NCBI GenBank assembly: GCA_963663035.1 | Contig: OY760074.1 | Coordinates: 992,001-1,056,000, forward strand | Source: Acidobacteriota bacterium | GTDB lineage: Bacteria > Acidobacteriota > UBA6911 > RPQK01 > JADFOI01 | Length of the DNA stretch: 64,000 nucleotides | Direction: 5' to 3' | Shown: piece after piece, positions 28,073 through 38,152 of the stretch | How positions within the stretch are numbered: position 1 is the first letter of the stretch | Layout: each line of letters begins with the position of its first letter | Program-made: the position numbers and the translations under genes | The notes under the pieces: generated by a model | Database searches by the model: none | What the model saw: the letters and a program-made list of their open reading frames with translations, nothing else | What the model was told of the DNA's origin: nothing

Positions 28073-28147
28073 CTCCCCTTCAAGTGTGGGTGCGAGTTGC
28101 TTCAAATAGTAGGACTTTTAGAAAGGATTCGCAAGCACAGCTCAGGC

Positions 28148-29233
28148 TTAGCGATTGTAAAAGGGTGTCTCCACCACCTTGGCCTGGAGGAGTTTGCCCC
28201 GAATGTCCACCTGGAACTGCTGGCCGGGCTGGGCATACTCCACCGGCAGATAGACTAACCCCACACTTTTGTTCAGGGAAGGGGCAAAGCCTCCACTGGT
28301 GACCTCAGCCACCCTCTGGTCCCCGACTGAAACCGGGAAGTGATCGCGGGCAATTCCCCGGTCCACCATCTCAAAACCGACCAGCCTGCGATGGTGCCCT
28401 TCTTCCTTGAGCTTGACCAGGGCTTCCTGACCAATGAACTCTCCTTTGCTGAGTTTGACAATCCAGCCCAGACCCGCCTCCCAGGGGTTGGTGGTCTCAT
28501 TGATCTCGTGCCCGTAAAGGCAATAGGCCACTTCCAATCGCAGGGTGTTGCGGGCAGCCAAGCCAGCCGCCGTGATTTGGAAGCGCTGTCCCACCTGAAA
28601 CAGCCGCTCCCAGATGGGTTGGGCCGCCTCCACCGGGATGTAGATTTCAAAGCCGTCCTCCCCGGTGTAGCCCGTTCTCGAGATGAGGGCTCGTGCGCCG
28701 TGCACCTTCCCGTGGGTGAACCAGTAGTATTGAAGAGAGGAGAGGTCCACCTCGGTGAGCTGCTGGAGCACGGTTTCGGCCTGGGGTCCCTGGATGGCCA
28801 GCTGGACATAGGAATCGCTGCTGTCCAGGATGTCCACCTGCCCCTGTTTGTGTTTCCGAACCCATTGGAAATCCTTGTCCTTGTTGGCTGCGTTAACGCA
28901 AATGAAAATGTGTTCCGCATTGATCCGGTAAAGGACAATGTCGTCGATGAAAGTTCCTTCCGGATAAAGAAATGCCGAGTACTGGGCCTGGCCGTCAGCC
29001 AGACGGGAGATATCATTGCTGGTGAGTTTTTGGGCCATGGCAAGGGCGTCCTTGCCCACCATCTCGATCTCACCCATGTGGCTGACGTCAAAGACCCCTA
29101 CCCCTTGCCGGACCGAGAAATGTTCCTTGAGCGCGCTTCCATAGTGCACGGGCATCTCCCAACCGGCGAAGTCCACCATTCGCCCTCCGCATTCTCTGTG
29201 AGCCGCGTTCAAAGGAGTTTTTTTCAAGCTCAT
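28148..29233 (-). CDS. gcvT: Glycine cleavage system aminomethyltransferase
   Basis: FAGWEMP, FDVSHMG, SRTGYTGEDGFE, GLAARNTLRLE; start MSLKKTPL. Confidence 0.96.
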   Translation of the reverse strand: MSLKKTPLNAAHRECGGRMVDFAGWEMPVHYGSALKEHFSVRQGVGVFDVSHMGEIEMVGKDALAMAQKLTSNDISRLADGQAQYSAFLYPEGTFIDDIVLYRINAEHIFICVNAANKDKDFQWVRKHKQGQVDILDSSDSYVQLAIQGPQAETVLQQLTEVDLSSLQYYWFTHGKVHGARALISRTGYTGEDGFEIYIPVEAAQPIWERLFQVGQRFQITAAGLAARNTLRLEVAYCLYGHEINETTNPWEAGLGWIVKLSKGEFIGQEALVKLKEEGHHRRLVGFEMVDRGIARDHFPVSVGDQRVAEVTSGGFAPSLNKSVGLVYLPVEYAQPGQQFQVDIRGKLLQAKVVETPFYNR

Positions 29234-29258
29234 CCCAACGAATCCTGCCGGTGTACCT

Positions 29259-30572
29259 CTACTTTTCTCCCCTCCGAATGGCCCTGGCGCGGTGTTCCAG
29301 CTCATCGGCCTCCGCATTACGGTCCAGTCTGCTCAACAAGTCGGCATAGTTTTCCAGGATTGTGGCTACGTCTGGATGTTCCAGCCCTAGCGCTTTCTCC
29401 CAGATGGCCAGCGATCGCCGGTAGAATGGCTCCGCCTCGGCATACTTGCCCTGGGCCTGATAGAGCATCGCCAAGTTGTTGAGGCTCCTTGCGACATTCG
29501 GGTGCTCCGGGCCCAGAACCTTTTCCCAGACACTCAATGCCCTCTTGTAAAGCGGCTCCACTTCACCGTATTTACCCTGGTCGTAGTACAGTAATCCCAA
29601 GTTATTCAGGCTCGCTGCCACACTGGGATGCTCCGGTCCCAGCGCCTTCTCCAGAATGGCCAAGGAGTGCTGGTACAAGACCTCCGCCTTGGCATAGTCG
29701 CCCTGCTGGCGGTGGATCTCTGCCAGGTTGTTGAGATTCCTGGCTACATTGGGATGCTCTGGGCCCAGGGCCTTCTCCAGGATGTCCAAAGAGCGCTGGT
29801 ACAGGGGCAGCGCCTCGGCATTCTTGCCCTGCTCGTGGTGAAGCTCGGCCAGGTTATTGAGACTTCTTGCTAAATCGGGATGGTCCGGCCCCAGGGCCTT
29901 CTCCACGATGGCCAAGGAGCGCTGGTACAAGGGCTGCGCCTCGGCAAACCTGCCCTGGTCCTTGTAGAGCAAGGCCAGGTTGTTGAGGTTCCTCGCTACA
30001 TCGGGATGGTCCGGCCCCAGCGTCTTCTCCCAGATGGCCAGAGAGCGTCTAAACAACGGCTCCGCGTCTGCATAGTTGCCCTGCCTGCGGTGGATCTCTG
30101 CCAGGTTGTTGAGGTTCGTACCCACATGAGCATCCTCCGGCCCCAGGGCCTTCTCCAGGATGGCCAGAGCGCGCTGGTATAGCGCCTCCGCTTCGGCATA
30201 CAGGCCCTGCTCCTTATGGAGCAAGCCCAGGTTGTTGAGGCTCATTGCCACGTCGGGATGCTCCGCTCCCAGCGCCTTCTCTCGGATGGCGAGGGCCCGG
30301 CGACTGGCTGGTTCCGCTTCGGCATACCTGCCCTGGGCTCGGTATAGCTCAGCCAGGTTGTTGAGGCAGAGTGCGAGGCGGGGGTCTGGGTCTGGGAAGC
30401 TTTCAGCTTCCTTGAGCGCAGCTAAGTACAACTCCTCGGCCTCAGCGTAACGGGCTTGCTCATAGGCCCCCAGTCCTGCCTTATTGTATTTCTCCCAGAG
30501 TGCCTCCTGGGCAGCGGCACCAAGCGGACTGAGCGCTGCCAGTAACAGGGCGCCAATCACTCTGACTGCCAT
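29259..30572 (-). CDS. Secreted tetratricopeptide repeat protein (42-aa kinesin-light-chain-type TPRs)
   Basis: About 9 repeats of LGPEHPDVA..LNNLA.LY..QG.YAEAE.LYQR.LAI.EK; signal peptide from ATG 30572. Confidence 0.92.
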   Translation of the reverse strand: MAVRVIGALLLAALSPLGAAAQEALWEKYNKAGLGAYEQARYAEAEELYLAALKEAESFPDPDPRLALCLNNLAELYRAQGRYAEAEPASRRALAIREKALGAEHPDVAMSLNNLGLLHKEQGLYAEAEALYQRALAILEKALGPEDAHVGTNLNNLAEIHRRQGNYADAEPLFRRSLAIWEKTLGPDHPDVARNLNNLALLYKDQGRFAEAQPLYQRSLAIVEKALGPDHPDLARSLNNLAELHHEQGKNAEALPLYQRSLDILEKALGPEHPNVARNLNNLAEIHRQQGDYAKAEVLYQHSLAILEKALGPEHPSVAASLNNLGLLYYDQGKYGEVEPLYKRALSVWEKVLGPEHPNVARSLNNLAMLYQAQGKYAEAEPFYRRSLAIWEKALGLEHPDVATILENYADLLSRLDRNAEADELEHRARAIRRGEK

Positions 30573-30612
30573 CGAATACCTACCCCAGAATCCTGCTATA
30601 GTTGTGTCCGAG

Positions 30613-31506
30613 ATGACCGGTTCGCTGGGCTCGGCAAAGATTTTGATGACGTTGATGATTCTCATAGGAGCATCAGGTTTTTCTGTTGGGCAGGTGCCTT
30701 CAGGAACGCGCCACTACTTCTATCTTTCTGACCAGCGCATCATTACCCTCGAACTGGTCAATGAGCAAAAAGCAATTTTAAACTATATCAGCCTGGGTGA
30801 CGCGTTTGAGATTATTCAGGCGCCTGGGCTGCTGATTTTCGATTCAGAAGGTCATCCCTTTCCCGGACACCTCATCGAAGTGGAGGAGGCCGCCGATCCC
30901 AACGACAGATTCAAGGTGACTGAACTCGCCCAGCCCCGCAGCTATGCAGGCTACAGCATCTGGGGAGATTTCCGTTTGCAAACGCCCGTCGAGGAGGCCT
31001 ATTTCCAGGTCGGCTCTCGTATCGTGAAGCTCGAGCCTCTCTTGGAGGAGGATTTCGAATGGCTGGCAGGCAAAATCGGAGACCTGGATCTTTCCATGGA
31101 GGACGGAAAACAGATGGTGCTACGGGCGGGCTTCCTTCAGGGGCACGGTACGCTTTACACCAGCGGAGCACCGGAGTTGGAGGAAATTGAGGGCCACTTT
31201 CCAGATCTGGAGCTTTTGCAGCCGGTGCTCATTTCCGGTCCCCGACCCCTGCTTCCTTCTTCATTTAGCGATCTGCCCGACCCCGTCCTCGTCGTGCTGA
31301 GCGCCAGAGTGAGCCGCTCGGGAGGCCTGACCGAGCTGCAGGTTGCTCAGGGTGTCGCGCCCCGCTTGGATGAGCTTGCTCTCCAGACAGTGCAAAACTC
31401 CTGGACTTTCTTGCCGGCCATTTCGAAAGGGAAAGTTGCCGCTGCCCGGCTGACCTTCAATGTGGTCTTCCGCAGGGGCGGGCCGGAGGCTCGCCCAAGC
31501 CGTTAG
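30613..31506 (+). CDS. Exported protein with C-terminal TonB_C-like domain
   Basis: C-terminal VVLSARVSRSG...LDELALQTV..WTFLPA...GK; signal-like N-terminus. Confidence 0.65.
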   Translation: MTGSLGSAKILMTLMILIGASGFSVGQVPSGTRHYFYLSDQRIITLELVNEQKAILNYISLGDAFEIIQAPGLLIFDSEGHPFPGHLIEVEEAADPNDRFKVTELAQPRSYAGYSIWGDFRLQTPVEEAYFQVGSRIVKLEPLLEEDFEWLAGKIGDLDLSMEDGKQMVLRAGFLQGHGTLYTSGAPELEEIEGHFPDLELLQPVLISGPRPLLPSSFSDLPDPVLVVLSARVSRSGGLTELQVAQGVAPRLDELALQTVQNSWTFLPAISKGKVAAARLTFNVVFRRGGPEARPSR

Positions 31507-31526
31507 GAATGCACAGTTCCGACACT

Positions 31527-31606
31527 CAGGCCCGTGGGCTAAAGCCCACGGCTCTGTTTGAGCCTTGTCAGTTCTGTCAGAGCCACAGGCTTCAGCCTGC
31601 GGGCTA
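31527..31606. repeat. Inverted REP pair (REPIN-like)
   Basis: CCCGTGGGCTAAAGCCCACGGCTCTG ... CAGAGCCACAGGCTTCAGCCTGCGGG uses the same REP unit as the family B elements; its end supplies the hemD TAG. Confidence 0.8.
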
Positions 31607-32398
31607 TCCCGGCAGATTCTGAAAATATCGCTCGATTGCCTTGACCAGATCCGGGATGGAGGATCTCTCAGCTTGAACCACGATCTCTAAACCATACTCC
31701 CTGGCCGTGGCTGCTGTGATGGGCCCAATCGCTGCGTAGTGGAACTGTTTCAGATCCTCAACCTCCTGGGCGAGAGCCGTAAAATGATTCACCGTTGAGG
31801 AACTCGTGAAAGTGATCAGATCGGGAGGTTGTTGGTCTAACAGCTCCGCCATCCTTGAGCGGCTCTCCTCGGGCACTACGGTGTCATAGATCTCAATCAG
31901 GTTGACCTGGGCGCCCTGTTCCCGGAGTGACTGGGGGAGAAGCTCACGAGCCTTGCTGGCTCGGGGAAGCAGTATCCGCAGGTCCTGGATACTCCCGCTG
32001 TTGAAGTCCAGGAAGTCCTCCAGGATGCCCTCTGCCTGATAGAGCCTTGGAACCAGAGCAACGGTATAGCCGTAGCTCTCGACCTTAGCGGCGGTAGCGG
32101 GTCCAATGGTGCAGATTTTGGGGAATGGGGAGTCCCCCTCTGGAGCAGGTAATCGGCCCAGGGCCTGGGCCCGATCCATAAAGATCTCCACCGCGTTGGC
32201 ACTGGTGAACATCAGCCAGTCACAGTCCTCCAGTCCTCCAACGGCACGGTCCAGTTCCGGAGTAGGGCGGGGGCGGATTTCAATGGTGGGCAGATCCAGG
32301 ACTCGAGCGCCCGCTTTCTCGAGAAGCAGCCTGAACTCGGGGGCCTGGCCGCGGCTTCGAGTATTGAGAATGGTGCGATCGTGCAAGGGACCACTCAT
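31604..32398 (-). CDS. hemD: Uroporphyrinogen-III synthase
   Basis: FTSANAV, IGPATA, TFTSSSTV; ATGA overlap with hemC. Confidence 0.92.
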   Translation of the reverse strand: MSGPLHDRTILNTRSRGQAPEFRLLLEKAGARVLDLPTIEIRPRPTPELDRAVGGLEDCDWLMFTSANAVEIFMDRAQALGRLPAPEGDSPFPKICTIGPATAAKVESYGYTVALVPRLYQAEGILEDFLDFNSGSIQDLRILLPRASKARELLPQSLREQGAQVNLIEIYDTVVPEESRSRMAELLDQQPPDLITFTSSSTVNHFTALAQEVEDLKQFHYAAIGPITAATAREYGLEIVVQAERSSIPDLVKAIERYFQNLPG

Positions 32399-33339
32399 GA
32401 TAGGTTTTGAACGGCGGACCCTTTGAGCATTTGGTCCCCACCCTGAGAGATCAGGTACTGGGCTGTCTCCACAGCCAGCCTCTCCAGGTCCTGGGGCTGC
32501 CCTTGGCACACTCTTTTGACCACTTCAAGGCTGGCGGGATCGGCCACAAAGGCCGTGAAGTGGGCATTCCCGTCTTCAATCGAGGCGTGGGCCCCCATGG
32601 GCACGTCACATCCGCCTCCCATTTCTTGAAGAAATCGCCTTTCCGCCAGGGCACAGTGTCGAGTGGGCAGGTCGTCAAGGGGCTTGACAAGTTGGAGAGT
32701 CGACTCGTCATCCGCACGGATTTCTACCCCCAGGGCACCCTGGCCTATGGCCGGAATCATTTCCTCCACTGGAAAAAAGTAGGATATTTTCTCCTCAAGT
32801 CCCAGCCGTCTCAGGCCGGCAGCCGCCAGGACGATTCCGTCCAGGTTCCGCTCTCGGATCTTCCGGATGCGGGTGTCTACGTTGCCTCGAATGGCGGACA
32901 CCACGAGGTCTGGCCTCAGCAGCTGGAGCTGTACGCGGCGGCGAAGGGAACCCGTACCCAAGCGCGCTTTTGGGGGTAGCGCCTCAAAAGACTGGATCTC
33001 CGGGGACTCTGTCACCAGCACGTCTCGAGCATCCTCCCTCTGCGGGATAGCGGCCAGCGTCAGCCCCTCGGGCAGTTCGGTGGGAAGGTCCTTTAAACTG
33101 TGGACAGCCACGTCGATACGCTGCTCCAGGAGAGCCTCCTCGATTTCTTTGACAAATAATCCTTTGACACCGGTTGCCAGCTTGGAGAGGGCGGTGTGGG
33201 GGATCTTGTCACCGGTGGTTCGGATCACTTCAATACTCACCTCGAGATCGGGGTGGAGTGTCTCAAGGTCCCGCGCCAGAATTTTCGATTGGCGGAGGGC
33301 CAACTGGCTGCCCCGAGAGCCTAGGACGATTTTCCTCAT
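32395..33339 (-). CDS. hemC: Hydroxymethylbilane synthase
   Basis: GSRGSQLAL.Q, KGLFVKEIE, AVHSLKDLP, RGNVDTR, GGCDVP. Confidence 0.97.
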   Translation of the reverse strand: MRKIVLGSRGSQLALRQSKILARDLETLHPDLEVSIEVIRTTGDKIPHTALSKLATGVKGLFVKEIEEALLEQRIDVAVHSLKDLPTELPEGLTLAAIPQREDARDVLVTESPEIQSFEALPPKARLGTGSLRRRVQLQLLRPDLVVSAIRGNVDTRIRKIRERNLDGIVLAAAGLRRLGLEEKISYFFPVEEMIPAIGQGALGVEIRADDESTLQLVKPLDDLPTRHCALAERRFLQEMGGGCDVPMGAHASIEDGNAHFTAFVADPASLEVVKRVCQGQPQDLERLAVETAQYLISQGGDQMLKGSAVQNLS

Positions 33340-34604
33340 GTTTCTTCGTCCAGGCGAAAAATCTTTCTCATCATTTCGAGCTTGTGAAGGTGGCGAGTAG
33401 GATCTTCATCCGCTTGCCGGAGTTCGGTGATGAGGGGATGGGCGATTCTGTGAGCGGTGCTTTTGAGTGCCTTTTCCAGTCGCTGGTACTCCTCCGGATT
33501 CAGGTTGGCGTGGTTGCCCTTGAGCTCCTTCAAACAGATCTCCTCAATGCGATGCCGCAGGGCACTGATCAGAGGTCCGGTGCCGCGGGTGCTCAGTTGG
33601 CTCATGAATTTGGCAACTTCTGTCTGGACGATCTTTTCTCCAGTCTCCGCTTCTTCACATCGCTGGCGAATGTTGGCATTAATGACCGACTGCAGATCGT
33701 CAATATCGTACAGAAAGACGTTTTCCAGCTCATTGACATGGGGGTCGACATTGCGGGGAAAGGAGATATCAATGATGAACAGCGGCCGGTACCTTCGCCG
33801 TTTGACGATTTTCTCGAGACGCTCTTTGTCCAGGAGAAGGGAAGTGGACCCAGTGCAGACCAGGGCAATGTCAGACCGGATCAGGTAGGTTTCCAGATCG
33901 CTGAAGGGAACTGCCTTTCCCAGCAGTTGAGCGGCCAGTGCCTGGCTGCGCTCGGGCGTCCGATTGGTGACAAAGACCTGGCTGACACCTGAATCGAGAA
34001 GGCTGCGGGCAGCCAGCTCACCCATTTCTCCAGCGCCCAGGAGCAGAGTTGACTTTCCCGTGAGATCCCCAAAGATTTTTCGGGCCAGCTCGACGGCAAC
34101 GGAACTGATGGATACGGCCGAAGCCCCAATTCGAGTCGAGCTTCTCACCTTTTTGGCGACAAAGAAAGTTCGGGGAATCAAGTCTTTGAGATAAGTTCCC
34201 ACGCTTTCTGCCTGACAGGCTGCGGCATAAGCCTGTTTGACCTGGGCAAGGATCTGCGGCTCTCCCACCACCATCGAATCCAGACTGCTGGCCACTCGAA
34301 AAATGTGTCTTACGGCGTCACCCTGCAGATGACTGTAAAGATAATCCTCCAGGAAGCGAGGTTCCAAGGCGTGAAAGGAGTAAAGAAATTCCTTGACCGA
34401 CTCGATGACCTGCTCTTGGCTTTTCTCTCCATGGGCGAGGATTTCCACCCGGTTGCAGGTGGAGATAATCATTCCTTCCTGCAAGCCAAACTCTGTTTGC
34501 AGGCGCTTGAGAGCCGGGTGTAATTGCTCCTCGGGGAAGGCAATGCGCTCACGTACCTCCACGGGTGCGGTTTTATGGTTGAGTCCGACTAAAACGAGAT
34601 CCAT
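33336..34604 (-). CDS. hemA: Glutamyl-tRNA reductase
   Basis: GLNHKTAPV, STCNRVE, SSLDSMVVGEPQIL, GAGEM. Confidence 0.97.
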   Translation of the reverse strand: MDLVLVGLNHKTAPVEVRERIAFPEEQLHPALKRLQTEFGLQEGMIISTCNRVEILAHGEKSQEQVIESVKEFLYSFHALEPRFLEDYLYSHLQGDAVRHIFRVASSLDSMVVGEPQILAQVKQAYAAACQAESVGTYLKDLIPRTFFVAKKVRSSTRIGASAVSISSVAVELARKIFGDLTGKSTLLLGAGEMGELAARSLLDSGVSQVFVTNRTPERSQALAAQLLGKAVPFSDLETYLIRSDIALVCTGSTSLLLDKERLEKIVKRRRYRPLFIIDISFPRNVDPHVNELENVFLYDIDDLQSVINANIRQRCEEAETGEKIVQTEVAKFMSQLSTRGTGPLISALRHRIEEICLKELKGNHANLNPEEYQRLEKALKSTAHRIAHPLITELRQADEDPTRHLHKLEMMRKIFRLDEET

Positions 34605-34611
34605 TAGCTAA

Positions 34612-34763
34612 AAGCCCGCATTATGGATAGGTTTTCGTAGCGAAGTGGCGCAAGCGCCGCGATGACAAGGCGTGTGAAGGGGTACCCGCTTGCGGGTCGC
34701 GCAACGCCGTCAGCGCGGATGATTGCGACACTGTAGCAGAAAATTTATTCATAATGCGGGCTA
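34612..34763. mobile_element. MITE-like element, family A
   Basis: TIRs AGCCCGCATTATG / CATAATGCGGGCT; core GGGGTACCCGCTTGCGGGTCGCGCAAC; its end overlaps the ccsA TAG. Confidence 0.85.
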
Positions 34764-35570
34764 TAAAAACGGATGTAAACCTCCCAAGTAGCGTGCTCCC
34801 AGGAAGGTGAAAAGAACTGACAGAAATCCGAACATGCTCATCATGGCTGCGCGCCTTCCACGCCAGCCCGCCGTGACACGCAGATAAATCAGTACCAGGT
34901 AGATCCCCCAGGTGACCAGTGCCGCGATGACCTTGGGATCGCCCTGCCAGGCCCCGACCCAATCCTGCTCAGCCCAGATCACCCCTGCCAGGAGCCCCAA
35001 GGTCATAAAGCAGAAGCCGGAAATCAGGAACTTATAAAACAGGTCATCAAGCAGGACCAGCGAAGGAAGCCAGTAATAAAAGGTCTTTGGCTTTTTGCCC
35101 TTCAGTTCTCGTTCTTGAAACAGGTACAAAAGGCTGGCAATGAAGGTGACAAAGAACATTCCGTAGGCCAGAAAGAGGCAGATGGTGTGCCAGTAAATCC
35201 AGGAACTGCTGAAGATCTCAGGCACCGGGGAGGATTTGATGAAGATGGTTCCCAGCATTAAAACGGTGACCAGAGGGAGCAGGAAAAGTCCAAGGGGCTT
35301 AATGCGATAGCGCAAGTGGGAGATAAAAAAACAGAGAGAAACGGTCCAGGCGAAAAATGCCAGCGCCTCTTTCAAGTCCGTCAGCGGGAGGCGCGATTTT
35401 TCCACTGCACTGTAGATGAGAAAAGCCGAGTGCAGGGCGAAGCCCACCCCCACCGAGGCAATGGCGATCCGATGGAATATGGTTTTCCTGTTTGAAACAA
35501 AGGCCGCCACGCTGTGGAGAAGCCCGAGTACGTAAAAGCAGAAGGCTGAGTTCAGGAGCAGTACACTCAC
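34761..35570 (-). CDS. ccsA: Cytochrome c biogenesis CcsA/HemX-family membrane protein
   Basis: Multiple TMs; GVIWA...W.GDPK...LVTW..Y; upstream of hemA. Confidence 0.85.
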   Translation of the reverse strand: MSVLLLNSAFCFYVLGLLHSVAAFVSNRKTIFHRIAIASVGVGFALHSAFLIYSAVEKSRLPLTDLKEALAFFAWTVSLCFFISHLRYRIKPLGLFLLPLVTVLMLGTIFIKSSPVPEIFSSSWIYWHTICLFLAYGMFFVTFIASLLYLFQERELKGKKPKTFYYWLPSLVLLDDLFYKFLISGFCFMTLGLLAGVIWAEQDWVGAWQGDPKVIAALVTWGIYLVLIYLRVTAGWRGRRAAMMSMFGFLSVLFTFLGARYLGGLHPFL

Positions 35571-35609
35571 GGGAAATCCATTATAGCAGCACGGTGGGGG
35601 TGCTGTGGT

Positions 35610-36272
35610 ATGATTTGTCGCGTGAATTTCGGTGGGATTGATCCGATATTTCTCCTGATCAGCATTGCAGTGCTCTTATTTTCTCTGAGTATTCACGAGT
35701 CTGCCCACGCCTGGACGGCGGATTGGCTGGGGGATTCCACGGGTCGCTACCTGGGCCGGGTGACTCTGAACCCGCTGGCTCATCTCGACCTGGTGGGAAG
35801 TCTCATTTTTCCGCTGGTGGGACTCCTCACTGGAGGGGTAATCTTTGGCTGGGCCAAACCGGTGCCGGTCAATACTCAGAACCTGAAAAATCCCAAAAAG
35901 GATCATGTCCTGATTGCAGCGGCCGGGCCCGCCAGCAATGTGGTGGCAGGTCTGGCCTTTCTGGTGAGCTTGAAAGCCATACTGCTGCTCAACCCGGCAA
36001 TGGCCAGGGGGGAGCATACCCTGTACCCGTTGTTCCTGTTTTGCTATCTGGGGCTGATGATCAATGTCATCCTGGCGGTCTTTAATATCATTCCCATTCC
36101 ACCCCTGGATGGCAGTTGGATCCTGTCCGGTCTGTTGCCGGAAAATCTTTCTGTCCTCATTGACAGAATCAGGCCGTATGGATTCATGCTTTTACTTTTC
36201 CTCTTGATGTCCGGTGCCTTGGGAAGCATTCTCGGTCCAGCCCTTGGCTTTGTGCAGGGCTTGATTTTTTAG
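35610..36272 (+). CDS. Site-2 protease (M50 metallopeptidase)
   Basis: HESAH, AGPASN, FNIIPIPPLDGS. Confidence 0.93.
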   Translation: MICRVNFGGIDPIFLLISIAVLLFSLSIHESAHAWTADWLGDSTGRYLGRVTLNPLAHLDLVGSLIFPLVGLLTGGVIFGWAKPVPVNTQNLKNPKKDHVLIAAAGPASNVVAGLAFLVSLKAILLLNPAMARGEHTLYPLFLFCYLGLMINVILAVFNIIPIPPLDGSWILSGLLPENLSVLIDRIRPYGFMLLLFLLMSGALGSILGPALGFVQGLIF

Positions 36273-36420
36273 CCCGGACTATGCATAAATTCTCTACTAC
36301 AGCGACGAAATCATCCGCCCTGCCAGCGTTACACGACCCGCAAGCGGGTACCCCTCGTGTGCCTTGTCAGGTCGGCGCTTTCGTCACTTCGTGACGAGAA
36401 CCTATGCATAATCCGGGCTC
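36270..36420. mobile_element. MITE-like element, family A (inverted relative to 34612)
   Basis: TIRs AGCCCGGA(C/T)TATGCATA / TATGCATAATCCGGGCT; core ACCCGCAAGCGGGTACCCCTC; begins at the protease TAG. Confidence 0.85.
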
Positions 36421-36432
36421 TAGGCTTCAACG

Positions 36433-37419
36433 ATGAAAAAACGAGTGTTTAGCGGGATGCGGCCAACCGGCCGGCTGCATCTGGGGAATTTCTTTGGCGC
36501 TCTGCAGAACTGGGTTCGTCTGCAGGAGGAGTACGAGTGCATTTTCGGAATAGTGGACTACCATGCCCTGACCTCCGACTACGCAGATGTGGATCGGATC
36601 AGGCAGAGTGTCCTGGGGGTGGCCATGGACTGGCTTGCCAGTGGGATCGATCCCGAAAAGTCCACCATCATGATCCAGTCCCTCGTTCCGGAACATGCTG
36701 AACTGCACCTGCTGCTTTCCATGATTGTCCCCATACCTTGGCTGGAGCGGGTTCCCACCTATAAAGAACAGATTCAGCAGCTCTCGGACAAAGACCTTTC
36801 GACCTATGGCTTCCTGGGATATCCACTGCTTCAGGCGGCGGATATTTTAATTTACAAAGCAGACATGGTTCCGGTTGGGGAAGATCAGGTGGCACATATT
36901 GAACTGTGCCGGGAAATCGCCCGCCGTTTCAATCACTTCTACGGTTCTGTTTTTCCAGAGCCCCAGGCTCAGTTGACCCGAATGGCGCGTTTACCCGGCA
37001 CGGATGGGCGAAAAATGAGTAAGAGTTACGGTAACGAGATCCAGCTCTCCGAAGACCCCAAGAGCATCTCTGAGAAAGTGATGAAGATGATGACGGATCC
37101 AGCGCGGGTCCGACGCACCGACCCGGGCAATCCAAAAATTTGCCCGGTATTCGACTATCACAAACTTCTCACCGACGATGATGGCCAGCAGTGGGTCACC
37201 GAGGGCTGCACCACGGCGGGAATTGGCTGCACGGACTGCAAGGGGCTGCTGCTGAAGAATCTGCTTCCCGTCATCGAACCGCTCCATGAAAAAAGGATGG
37301 AGCTGGAGCGAAAGCCCGAGCAAGTGAAGGAGCTGCTGATGGAAGGTAGCAGCAAGGCAAAAGGTCTAGCCAGAAAGACCATGGGGGAGGTACGTCAGGC
37401 CATGAAGATAGACTACTAA
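36433..37419 (+). CDS. trpS: Tryptophan--tRNA ligase
   Basis: SGMRPTG.LHLGN, YPLLQAADIL, VPVGEDQ, KMSKS. Confidence 0.97.
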   Translation: MKKRVFSGMRPTGRLHLGNFFGALQNWVRLQEEYECIFGIVDYHALTSDYADVDRIRQSVLGVAMDWLASGIDPEKSTIMIQSLVPEHAELHLLLSMIVPIPWLERVPTYKEQIQQLSDKDLSTYGFLGYPLLQAADILIYKADMVPVGEDQVAHIELCREIARRFNHFYGSVFPEPQAQLTRMARLPGTDGRKMSKSYGNEIQLSEDPKSISEKVMKMMTDPARVRRTDPGNPKICPVFDYHKLLTDDDGQQWVTEGCTTAGIGCTDCKGLLLKNLLPVIEPLHEKRMELERKPEQVKELLMEGSSKAKGLARKTMGEVRQAMKIDY

Positions 37420-37423
37420 ACAA

Positions 37424-38152
37424 ATGCCGGATCTAGCCGTGCCCGAAGGAGAGGGCTATACGGTTCAACTGGATAGTTTTGAAGGCCCCCTGGACCTGCT
37501 TCTTCATCTCATCCGCCAACAAGAGATCGATATCTACCAGATTCCCATCGCCCAGATCACGGATCAGTATCTGCGCTATCTGGAAATGATGAAGGATCTC
37601 AACATCACCATTGCGGGAGACTTCCTGGTCATTGCCGCCACCCTGATTCACATCAAATCGGGGATGCTGCTTCCCGCTCAGCCCGGTTCCGAGTTGAATG
37701 AGGAGGTTGAGCGTTCTCGCCAGGAACTCGTTGAACAGCTACTGGAACACGAGAAATTCAAGCAAGCAGCCCAAATGCTCTTTGAGCGGGAAACCGTTGA
37801 GCTCTGTGTCTGGCCCCCCGATGAAAGCGAGTTCCAGGCCGAGGAAGAGGAACTCATATCGGCCAATGTGTTTGATCTGGTAAGTGCTTTTCACCGTATG
37901 GCAGAACGCTATAAGGACCAAATCGTCATGGAGATGGAAGGTGAAACGGTGTCTCTGGCAGAGAAGCTCGGGGAAATCAGACGCCTCCTGAAGGTCCAGA
38001 AGGAAGTCCTGTTTTCCTTCTTTTTCCAGCTCAAGATTTCTCGCCTTCATCTGGCCGTCACCTTCATGGCTTTACTGGAACTGACGAGGCTGCGAGAGGT
38101 TCGCCTCATTCAAAAAGATCTTTTCGAAGACATTCGCATTCTGGCATGTTAG
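37424..38152 (+). CDS. scpA: Segregation/condensation protein A
   Basis: FEGPLDLLLHLI, AATLIHIKS, TFMALLEL. Confidence 0.95.
   Translation: MPDLAVPEGEGYTVQLDSFEGPLDLLLHLIRQQEIDIYQIPIAQITDQYLRYLEMMKDLNITIAGDFLVIAATLIHIKSGMLLPAQPGSELNEEVERSRQELVEQLLEHEKFKQAAQMLFERETVELCVWPPDESEFQAEEEELISANVFDLVSAFHRMAERYKDQIVMEMEGETVSLAEKLGEIRRLLKVQKEVLFSFFFQLKISRLHLAVTFMALLELTRLREVRLIQKDLFEDIRILAC

Noticed and set aside
28340-29482. Long antisense ORFs (e.g. 9669-10616, 28340-29482, 33174-33992, 51137-52123)
   Set aside because: They are shadow frames opposite well-supported genes in GC-rich DNA and have no recognisable motifs.
29400-30400. 126-bp DNA periodicity as a non-coding repeat array
   Set aside because: It is fully explained by the 42-aa TPR repeats.
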